This document shows positions 28,901 to 40,900 of a stretch of 64,000 bases of DNA, in pieces. The DNA comes from Mobula hypostoma (lineage: Eukaryota). Made by a program: the position numbers and the translations under genes. The stretch spans positions 11,162,001 to 11,226,000 of the forward strand of contig NC_086101.1 in NCBI RefSeq assembly GCF_963921235.1, read 5' to 3'. The notes beneath the pieces were generated by a model that was given only the letters and a program-made list of their open reading frames with translations, had not been told where the DNA came from and searched no databases. The number at the start of each line of letters is the position of its first letter. Position 1 is the stretch's first letter.

Positions 28901-31900
28901 CTCTGTAATCTGTACAGGATCCTTGAAGTTGATGGTGTTTTGCCTTATTTCTAAGTACTCTACATCTGTCTCCTGAGTAAATAGAGTTTCAAAGAAGTAA
29001 TTTAAGATCTCCCCCATCCGTTTTGATTCCACACATGGTTTACCTACCATTCTGATCTTCCAGAAGATCAATTTTGTCCCTAGCGGTCCTCTTACACAAC
29101 ATATCTATAGAATTGCTAAAGATTCTCCTTCATGTTGTCTGCTGGAGCAACGTCATGCCTTCTTTTAACCTTCCTGATTTCTTTCTTAAGTGTTCTCTTG
29201 CTTTTTGTGTACTCCTTAAGCACCTCATATGTTCCTACCTGCCTATACCTGCTGTACAACTCCTTTTCTCTCTTAACCCGAGCCTTGGTATCATTTGAAA
29301 TCTAAGGTTCCCGACACCTGTTATCTTCACCTTTTATTCTGACCGACAAGTACAAGCTTTGCACTGTCAAAATTTGGCTTTGAAATACTCCACTTTCAAA
29401 GCACGCTTTTGCCAGAAAACAGCCAGTCCCAATCCATATTTGCCAGATCATTTCTGATGACCTGCAATTGGCCTTTCTCAATTTAGAATCTCAACCCGTG
29501 GATCAGACCTATATTCTTACATCAACACACATCAAAGTTGCTGGTGAACGCAGCAGGCCAGGCAGCATCTGTAGGAAGAGGTGCAGTCGACGTTTCAGGC
29601 TGAGACCCTTCGTCAGGACTAACTGAAGGAAGAGTGAGTAAGGGATTTGAAAGTTGGAGGGGGAGGGGGAGATCCAAAATGATAGGAGAAGACAGGACTT
29701 CAAATCCCTTACTCACTCTTCCTTCAGTTAGTCCTGACGAAGGGTCTCGGCCTGAAACGTCGACTGCACCTCTTCCTACTGATGCTGCCTGGCCTGCTGC
29801 ATTCACCAGCAACTTTGATGTGTGTTGCTTGAATTTCCAGCATCTGCAGAATTCCTATTGTTTACTATATTCTTACATACTTACTTTAAAAATCCAAGTA
29901 CACAACATCAACTAATTCTCCTTTATCTATCCTGCTTGATATTTCTTTAAAGAATTCCAACAGATTTGTCAGGCAAGATTTTCCCTTGAGAAAACCATGC
30001 TGACTACAGACTATTTTATTATATGCTTCCAAGTACCCTGAGACCTCATCTTTAAAAATTGACTCCAACATCTTCCCAACCACTGAGGTCAGACTAACTG
30101 GCCTATAGTTTCCTTTCTTCTGACTCTCTCCTTTCTTGAACAATAGAGTAACATTTGCAATTTTCCAGTCTTCTGCACCCATTGTAGAATCTAGTGATTC
30201 CTGAAATATCATTATTAATGCTGCCATGATATCTTCAGCCACCTCTTTCAGCACTCCGGGTGTACACTGTCTAGTCCAGTGACTGATCTATCTTCAGTCC
30301 TTTCAGTTTCCCATGAACATTCTTTCCTGTTATGGTAGCTTCACACACCTCATGATCCCTGACACCTAGAACTTCCACCATACTGGTAGTGTCTTGCACA
30401 ATGAAGACTGATGCAAAATACTTTTTCAGTTCATCTGTTATTTTATTGTCCCCCATTACTAGCTCTCTAGCATCATTCTTGAGCGGTCCAATATCCACTT
30501 TCACCTCTCTTTTATACTCTATATATCTGATGAAACTTTTGGTATCCTCTTTAATATTATTGGCTAGCATACTTTCATATCCCATCTTTACCTTCTTAAT
30601 TACTTTTTAGTTGGTTTTTAAAAGGTTTTCAGTCCTATAACTTCCCACTATTTTTTGCTGTATTATATGCTCTCTCTTTGGCTCTTATGTTGGCCTTGAC
30701 TTCTCTCGTTAGCCACGGTTGTGTCATCGTTCCTTTAGAAAATTTCTCCTATTTGGGATTGCATATATCCTGTGCCTTCTGGATTGCTTCCAGAAATTCC
30801 AGGCATTGCTGCTGTGCTGTCATCCCTGCCAGTGTTCTTTTCCAATCAATTCCGGCCATCTCCTCTCTCATGCCTCTGGAATTCCCTTTACTCCACTGAC
30901 ATACTGATACATCTGACTTTAGCTTCTCCTTCTCAAATTTCAGGGTGAATGTTACCATATTATGATCACACTCCCCTGAGGGTCCTTTTACCTGAAGCTC
31001 TTTAATGAATTCTGGTTCATTGCACAACACCCAATGCAGAATAGCTGATCCTCTATTGGACTCGACGAGCTGCTCTGAAAAGCCATCTTGTCGGCATTCT
31101 GGAAATTCCCCCTGCACCAGCCTGATTTTCCCAATCCACCTGCATATTGAAATCCCCCATGGCTATTGTAATATTGCCCTTGTGGCATGCATTTTCTATC
31201 TCCCATTATAATTAGTAGGCCACATCCTTACTACTACTTGGGAGTCTGTATGCAACTCCCATCAGGGTCTTTTTACCCTTTTACCCTTGCAGTTCCTTAG
31301 CTCTATCCACAAAGATTCAACACCTTCTGGCCCTTTGTCACCTCTTTCTAACGATATCACTTTTTACCTACAGAGCAATGCTGCTCCCTCTGTGTTCCTG
31401 TCTGTCCTTTCGATACAATGTGTATCCTCGGGCATTATGATCCCAACTATAATCTTCTTTCAGCCATGATTCAATGACATCATACCTGCCAATCTGTAAC
31501 TGTGCTACAAGTTCATCTACCTTATTTCGTATACTACACGCATTCAAACACAACACCGTCAGTCCTGTGTTCACCCTTTTTGATTTTGCCCACCTTTTAC
31601 ATTGCAACTCCCTTGTTGACTGCAATTTTGCCCTATCAACAGCCTCTGCTCACTTCACATTGCCTCTGTTTGTAAACCAGCCACCTCATCTTCAGCACTG
31701 TTATCCACCTTTCTGCGATACTTCTTGCATTGAAACATGTGCAGCTCAGAACACTAGTTGCTCCATGCTCAGCCTTTAGATTCCGAACTTTGTCTGAGGT
31801 CTTATCAGCATCTGTCTCTGCAACCTCTCCACTTACTGTTCTGTTGTAGAGAGAGTGTTAAGGTGAGGGGGAAAAGATTTAACGGCAACCATTTTTCCAC

Positions 31901-34900
31901 TGAAGTTGGTATCTGAAATGAGCTGCCAGAGGAAGTGGCAATTGTTCAGTTCATGAACTAACTCACAAAACACTTCTTCTTCATGTGCCTTGCTTGTTAC
32001 ACGCTTGGGCGATCATGGCTTTCCACATTGAACAATTCCATGCAGCGTCAATGATATCTCACACACTTAGATCTGTTAGTCCTTTCACAGTCCATATATT
32101 TTCTTCTTTGCCTTGCTCTTCCGCGTTTCCCAGGCATACGGCCTTGTAATGGAAGGCATTCTATTTCTCCCTTTCTGATGACGTGGCCCAGGAATTTAAG
32201 TTTCCTCTCATTTAATGTTCTCATTAAAGATCCTTTTGTATGGGCATGTTGGAGTACTGTCTCATTAGTTACCCTATCTCTATATGATATTTTCAGCATT
32301 CTTCTAAGAAACCGCATTTCTGTTGCTTCTATGTTTCTTTGGAGTTCTGGTGTTATGGTCCATGTTTCAGAAGCATACAGCAAGATTGACCAGATGTAAC
32401 ACTTTATTAGCCTAAGCCTTGTTGTTATAGAAATGTGTCTGTTGGTAAAAATGGGTTTCATTTTTTTGGAAGTTGGTTTTGGCAATGGCATTTTTTCTTT
32501 TTTATTTCTACTTTACTTCTAGCATCTTGTGATATAAAGCTACCAAGGTAATTAAAGCTGGTCTTTTGTTCAATCTCTTGGTTACCGATGTACAACTGGC
32601 AGTTGGGAGTATCCTGCTGTTTTGATATTACTATACTTCTAGTTTTTTTTACAGTTGATGGTTAAACCAAAATCTGTACTTGTTTGTACTATTTCATCTA
32701 GGAGGATTTGTAGGTCTTCTGCAGCACTTGCTATTCGGGTGGTATCGTCTGCATATCTTATATTGTTGATATTAACACCTCCAATTTTTATCCCATCTAG
32801 GTCTTTGATTTCTCTGAGACTCATTTCACTATAGATATTAAATAATTCCGTTGAGGCAACACATCCCTACTGGGTGTTTTTTATAGACAACCCAATAGTA
32901 ACAGGGACATCGAAGAGCAGAGAGGGAGGCAGATCCTGGAAAGGTGTAATAATAACAGGGCTGTCGTGGTGTGAGATTTTAATTTCCCCAAATATTGATT
33001 GGCATCTCCCTAGAGCAAGGGTGGAGTTTGTTAGGTGTGTTCAGGAAGGTGTCTTGACACAATATGTAGATAAGCCGACAAGAGGAGAGACTGTACTTGA
33101 TCTGGTAATGGGAAATTAACCTAGTCAGGTGTCAGATCTCTCAATAGGAGAACATTTTGGAGATAGTGATCACAATTCTATCTTCTTTACCATAGCTTTG
33201 GAGAGGATAGGAACAGACAAGTTAGGAAAGCATTTAAATGGAGTAAGGGGAATTATGAAGCTATCAGGCACAGTAACGCTTCGCTGCCCATCTGCTTTCT
33301 GCCTTGCCTGAGAAATTGGACTGTCGAGTCAACTGACTCTGAAGATTAGCGGTATTCCTTTTATATTTAGTTGTTCTTTTCAGCCATAGTGTAGGCTTCG
33401 TTTTCCAATTGAGAGTTTTAGTTAACGGCCCTGTTTAGCTGAGCGTTTATTGTTCTCTTTTCCCTTCAACACTGTTCACATTAAAGTCTGTGAACTATTG
33501 ACCCGCGTCAATGTCTCTCACTCGGCACTTGGGCCATATCCAAACCGGGTGACAGCAAGTCTCAACAAGTACTGCGACGGAATGAATGGAGTTAAATGCT
33601 ATCAGAATGAATAACAATTAGCTGACATGTGCATATTCACAAGTGCAATTTCCGTATCTACTGCTCCACCGAATCGATGGCTGTGACAGGAGATTGACGT
33701 AGGAGCTCCTGCAGCTGAACAGCTGATCTAACGCCACAAGCACACCTAGAGACCAGCCAGGGCTTCTCTGCTGTGCACCCGGAAACAACATTCCTGGCAG
33801 GCTAATGGGCTCTGTCGACAGGTAAAACCTTTCATGCCAGGGCTGGAGGTCTGGTTTGATATTACCAAACATTTGTGTTTTTTTTACACAGTTGACGGTT
33901 AGACCAAAATCTGCTCTTGTTTGTACTACTTTATCTGGAAGATTTGTAGATCTTCTGCAGCACTTGCTTTTTAGATTTTAGATTTGATTAGATTTAGATT
34001 ATGAGGACACGCAGTCCTCTTTTATTGTCATTTAGTAATGCATGCATTAAGAAATGATACAATATTCCTCCGGTGTGATATCACGGAAACACAGGACAGG
34101 GTGGTATCATCTGCATATCTTATTGTTGATGTTAACACCTCCAATTTTTATCCCATCTAGGACTTCTATTTCTCTGAGAATCATTTCACTCTAGATATTA
34201 AACAATTCTGGTGAGGCAACGCATCCCTGTCTAACTGCTCTTTGAATTTTAGTCCAACTGCTTATATTATCATCAATTTTTACAGCCTTCATTTGGCTCC
34301 AACATGAACTTTGAAGCAGTTGTTGGTCCCTTCCATCAATGTTTAATTAGGAAGGGGAAAAAAGATTATGAGAGAAAACTGGCAGAGAACATAAAAACGG
34401 ACTGTAAAAGCTTTTATAGATATGTAAAAAGGAAAAGACTGATAAAGACAAATGTAGGTCCCCTGCAGACAGAAACAGGTGAATTGATTATGGGGAGCAA
34501 GGACATGGCAGACCAATTCAATAATTACTTTGGTTCTGTCTTCACTAAGGAGGACATAAATAATCTTCCAGAAATAGTAAGGGACAGAGGGTCCAGTGAG
34601 ATGGAGGAACTGAGTGAAATACATGTTAGTAGGGAAGTGGTGTTAGGTAAATTGAAGGGATTGAAGGCAGATAAATCCCCAGGGCCAGATGGTCTGCATC
34701 CCAGAGTGCTTAAGGAAGTAGCCCAAGAAATAGTGGATGCATTAGTGATAATTTTTCAAAACTCGTTAGATTCTGGACTAGTTCCTGAGGATTGGAGGGT
34801 GGCTAATGTAACCCCACTTTTTAAAAAAGGAGGGAGAGAGAAACTGGGGAATTATAGGCCGGTTAGCCTAACGTCGGTGGTGGGGAAACTGCTGGAGTCA

Positions 34901-37900
34901 GTTATCAAGGATGTGATAACAGCACATTTGGAAAGCGGTGAAATGATCGGACAAAGTCAGCATGGATTTGTGAAAGGAAAATCATGTCTGACGAATCTCA
35001 TAGAATTTTTTGAGGATGTAACTAGTAGAGTGGATAGGGGAGAACCGGTGGATGTGGTATATTTGGATTTTCAAAAGGCTTTTGACAAGGTCCCACACAG
35101 GAGATTAGTGTGCAAACTTAAAGCACACGGTATTGGGGGTAAGGTATTGGTGTGGGTGGAGAATTGGTTAGCAGACAGGAAGCAAAGAGTGGGAATAAAC
35201 GGGACCTTTTCAGAATGGCAGGCGGTGACTAGTGGGGTACCGCAAGGCTCAGTGCTGGGACCCCAGTTGTTTACAATATATATTAATGACTTGGATGAGG
35301 GAATTAAATGCAGCATCTCCAAGTTTGCGGATGACACGAAGCTGGGTGGCAGTGTTAGCAGTGAGGAGGATGCTAAGAGGATGCAGGGTGACTTGGATAG
35401 GTTGGGTGAGTGGGCAAACTCATGGCAGATGCAATTTAATGTGGATAAATGTGAAGTTATCCACTTTGGTGGCAAAAATAGGAAAACAGATTATTATCTG
35501 AATGGTGGCCGATTAGGAAAAGGGGAGGTGCAACGAGACCTGGGTGTCATTATACACCAGTCATTGAAAGTGGGCATGCAGGTACAGCAGGCGGTGAAAA
35601 AGGCGAATGGTATGCTGGCATTTATAGCGAGAGGATTCGAGTACAGGAGCAGGGAGGTACTACTGCAGTTGTACAAGGCCTTGGTGAGACCACACCTGGA
35701 GTATTGTGTGCAGTTTTGGTCCCCTAATCTGAGGAAAGACATCTTTGCCATAGAGGGAGTACAAAGAAGGTTCACCAGATTGATTCCTGGGATGGCAGGT
35801 CTTTCATATGAAGAAAGACTGGATGAACTGGGCTTGTACTCGTTGGAATTTAGAAGATTGAGGGGGGATCTGATTGAAACGTATAAGATCCTAAAGGGAT
35901 TGGACAGGCTAGATGCGGGAAGATTGTTCCCGATGTTGGGGAGGTCCAGAACGAGGGGTCACAGTTTGAGGATAGAGGGGAAGCCTTTTGGGACCGAGAT
36001 TAGGAAAAACTTCTTCACACAGAGAGTGGTGAATCTGTGGAATTCTCTGCCACAGCAAACTGTTGAGGCCAGTTCATTGGCTATGTTTAAGAGGGAGTTA
36101 GATATGGCCCTTGTGGCTACAGGGGTCAGGGGGTATGAGGGAAGGCTGGGTTCTGAGTTGGATGATCAGCCATGATCATAATAAATGGTGGTGCAGGCTC
36201 GAAGGGCCGAATGGCCTACTCCTGCACCTATTTTCTATGTTTCTATGTTTAGTTTAGCGAGAATTTGAAATAATTTTTCATGTTGCACTTTGTCGAATGC
36301 TTTAGTGAAATCAATAAAACATAAAAAGACATTTTGATATTCAATTGCCCTTTCTGAAAGCATTCGTAGTATGAAAATTGCGTTCCTAGTTCCTCTATCC
36401 TCAATAAATCCATATTGTAGTTTAGATGTTTCTGGCCTTCACTTGTTTTTAATCCGACTCAGAACAATTCTCAACAAAATCTTTATTATGTGACTCATAA
36501 GACTGATTGCTCTATAATTTTCACAGTCAATAGTTCCAGGAATTTTTGGTAGAGTTATAAATACTGATTTCAAGAGATCGTCAGGCAATACACCTAGACT
36601 CATATATGCCATTAAACAGCTCAAAAAGGATATCTATGCCCAGATCTTCCAGGGCATTTCCACTGAAATTTCATCAGGTGCAGTGGCTTTATCATGTTTC
36701 ATGCTTTTCATTGCTTTAGTTATTTCTTCTATGGAAATAGGTGGGCCAGAATTAGTGTTTCATATCTGAGTGTTCCCCTCTATTATCCTCTAATCACTAC
36801 CTCTGTATAGCAACACAATGACGACATTGATCACTCTGCACTACAGCAGAGATTGTTTTTTTTTCAATCTGATTGTGTTCTTTCTTGTAAAAATTATGTG
36901 TAATTTATGTTTTCCTTGTGAATGCTACCTCTGTGACACTGTAAAGCCTAAGATGTTGCTGCAAGTGTGTTTCTCTTTTGGCCTGATGCTTTCATGGACT
37001 TGTGCATATGACAATAAACAACATTGAAACTTTGAAGAGACAATTTGTCAGGCACACAGACAAGAAAGATTTAGAAGGATCTGGGCTAAACACTGGCAAA
37101 TGGGACTAGTTTGGGTGGGGCATGTTGGTCATCATGGACCAGTTGGGCTGATGGACCTGTTTCTGTGCTGTATATCTCTACAATTAAACATCAGTGACAG
37201 TGATGAAGTCTCAGAGCCTCCATTATAATGTTCTATTGCAGCCATTTCTGGTTCTTCCAGTGAACACCTATTGATGTTACAGGAGGAGGCTGCTTGGGCA
37301 GTTGTGGACTTTCCACCCGAATGGAATTTTACTGATCTAATTTTGCTGGGGTGCATTGTAGATTTTGTCACTGTCTCATTCACTGATCTTTATTCTACAG
37401 ACGATCTCTTCCCTGCTGTTCCTGAATGGGTCCTGCCACTGGTCGTCACCATTTGTGTTGTAATTGCTGCAAACTCCACTGTGATTTATTGGAATGTGAA
37501 ACAAAACAGACGCATAAAAGGTACGTTTCTGCAATATTGTGAAGTACTGGCCTGGAAATCCAGTGGAAAATCTCCCAGTTTCCCTCTGAAATTTCCGTGA
37601 AAGCCAGAGCATTTTCTGCAGAAATCATGTAAAATCCACCTTTCCCAGCAGGCTCTGACATTCCAGCAGTGAACGTTGTCTCTGGAAAGAATATCTGTAG
37701 CCATAGAGATGGGAAGTAAGGAAGAAATCTGCCCGATGTTGCATTTCCTGTGTCCACTTCACATGATGAAGTGCCAGAAGGTTCAACTGGTCACTGATTC
37801 ACTTGTACTTCCTGTAACTTGGTTCCTGATATTTAGGATCCTCTGCAGTCGTGAGACTGGGTACACATTGTTCGATAACTTTGTTTCATAGCTGAAGGCA

Positions 37901-40900
37901 AATTTTAAAACTACGTATTTTGATTGTGTAACCTATCCCACTCTAAGCTCTCCACTCACGGTGTCCTACAATGGTCTCAAAGGCTTACCAGAGGATGAAG
38001 AACAGAACTTCATCTTTTAAGTAGGAAAGCACAAAAATGCTGGAGGAACACAGCATCTGTGGAAAGTCAATGTTTCAGACCAAGACCCTTGATTGGAAAG
38101 GAAGGGTGAGGAAGCCCTCAAGAAGGTGGGTGGAGGGGAAGGAGTACAATCTGGGGGCTGGTAGGTGAAGCCATGTGAGGGAAATATTGGTGGATGAGGG
38201 AGAAAATTGAAGTGTGAAGGTGGGAGGTGATAGAACCATAGAACACTACAGCACAGAAAAGAGGCCATTCGGTCCTTCTAGTCTGTGCTGAAACTTTATA
38301 CTGCTGGTCCCATTGACCTGCACCCAGTCCATAACCCTCCAGACATCTCCCATCCAATTTGTTTCTAAAACTTAAAAAGTGAGCCCGCATTTACCACATC
38401 AGATGGCAGTTCATTCCACACTCCCACCACTCTGTAAGTGAAGAAGTTCCCCCTAAATCTTTCCCCTTTCACCCTAAAGCCATGTCCTCTTGTATTTATC
38501 TCTCCTAATCTAAGTGGAAAGAGCCTACTCCCATTTACTCTGTCTATACCCCTCATTATTTTCTAAACCTCTATGAAATCTCCCCTCATTCTTCTATGCT
38601 GTAAGGGATAAAGTCCTAACCTGTTCAGTCTTTCCCTGTAACTCACCTTCCAATAATTTACCTACTACTGATGTCAGGCTCTCCAGTCTGTAATTGCTTG
38701 GTTTACTTTCAGAGCCTTTTTTAAACAATGGAACAACATGAGCCACCCTCCAGTCCTCTGGCACCGCACCGGTGGCTAAGGACATTTTAAATATTTCTGC
38801 AATTTCCACACGAATCTCTCTCAATGTCCGAGGAAATATCCTGTCAGGCCCAGGGGATTTATCTACCTTTATTCGCTGTAAGGCAGCAAGCACCTCCTCC
38901 TCTTTAATCTCTATTTGTTCCATGGGACTACTGCTTGTTTCCTTTCCTTCCATATACACTCTGCCAGTTTCCTGAGTAAATACTGATGGAAAAAAAACTC
39001 TTTAAGATCTCCCCCATCTCCTGAGGCTCCACACATAAATGACCACTCTGATCTCCTATGCCTGTTAACTTTGCCTTTAATCCTGGCAGGAACATGCAAA
39101 TTCTGCACTCTCAAAATTTCAACTTTGAAGGCTTTCCACTTGTTGAACACATCCTTGCCAGAAAACAACTTATCCCAATCCACTCTTCCTAGATCCTTTC
39201 TCATCTCCACAAAATTGGCCCTTCTCCAATTTAGAACCTCAGCTCAAGGACCAGACCTATCCTTATCCATAATGAACTTGAAACTAATGACATTATGTTC
39301 ACTGGACGCAAAATGTTCGCCTACACCTACTTCTGACACCTGATCTGTCTGGTTCCCTAATAGGAGATCAAGTGTTGCATCCTTTCTCATTGGTACCTCT
39401 CTATATTGATTTAGAAAACTTTCCTGAACACATTTGACAAACTCCAGGGCATCCAGCCCTTCAACAGTGTGGGAGTCCCAGTCAATATGTGGAAAGTTAA
39501 AATCCCCTACTATTACAACTTTCTATTTCTTATGATGAATGCAGCAGGCCAGGCAGCATCTCTAGGAAGAGGTACAGTCAACTTTTCAGGCCAAGACCCT
39601 TCGTCAGGACTAACTGAAAGAAGAGCTAGTAAGAGATTTGAAAGTGGGAGGGGGAGATCCGAAATAACAGGAGAAAACAGGAGGGGGAGGAATGGAGCCA
39701 AGAGCTGGACAGGTGATTGGTAAAAGGGATATGAGAGGATCATGGGACAGGAGGCCCAGGGAGAAGGAAAAGGGGGAGGGGTGAAGCCCAGAGGACAGGC
39801 AAGGGGTATAGTGAGAGGGACAGAGGGAGAAAAAGGAGAGAGAGAACAAGAATGTGTGTATATAAATAAATAAATAACGAATGGGGTATGAGGGGGAGGT
39901 GGGGCATTAGCGGAAGTTAGAGAAGTCAATGTTCATGCCATCAGGTTGGAGGCTACCCAGACGGAATATAAGGTGTTGTTCCTCCAACCTGAGTGTGGCT
40001 TCATTGTTACAGTGGAGGAGGCTGTGGATAGACATGTCAGAATGGGAATGGGATGTGGAATTAAAATGTGTGGCCACTGGGAGATCCTGCTTTCTCTGGC
40101 AGACAGAGCATAGGTGTTCAGCAAAACGATCTCCCAGTCTGCGTCGGGTATCGCCAATATATAGAAGGCCACATCGGGAGCACCGGACGCAGTATATCAC
40201 CCCAGCCGACTCACAGGTGAAGTGTTGCCTCACCTGGAAAGACTGTCTGGGGCCCTGAATGGTAGTATGGGAGGAAGTGTAAGGGAATAGTAGTGAGGGA
40301 GGAAGATTTCCTCGTGTTTGCGTTTCTGTTTCTTACATCAGTCTGTTATCTCTCTACAGATTTGCTCCTCCAATTCTCTCTGACTATTGGGCGGTTTATA
40401 ACCTATTAGTGTGGTTGCACCTTTCCTGTTCCTCAGCTCCACCCATATGGCCTCTGTAGACGAGCCCTCCAGGCTGTCCTGTCTACGCACAGCTGTGACA
40501 TTTTCCCTGACTAGTATTGCCACTCCTCCCCCTCTGGGATGAAAAAGGCAAAAGTAAATAGATGTAAAAGGTAAAGGGATGAAGCAGAAGGAATCTTGTA
40601 GGAGAGGAGAGTGGATCATGGGAGATTGGGAAGGAGGAGGGAGCTGATAGGCAGGGTAGGAGAAGCAGTAAGAGAGGAGTCAGAATGGAGTATGGAAAAC
40701 GAGAGAAGAGGAAGGGCATCAGAGGGGGTGATAGGCAGGTTATGAGAAGAGAAGGGGTAAAAGAGGAGTCAGAATGGGGAATGAGAAAAGAGAGGGGGAG
40801 GGAGGAGAAATTGATATTCATGCCATCAGGTAGGAAGCTACCCAGACGGAATATCAGGTGTTGCTCCTCCAACATGAGAGTGGCCTCATTGTGCCAGGAG

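Noticed and set aside
33270..33555. Possible solo LTR ending ..GGGTGACA with an ATTAAA signal
   Set aside because: No clear 5' TG, no TSD and no second copy in the window.
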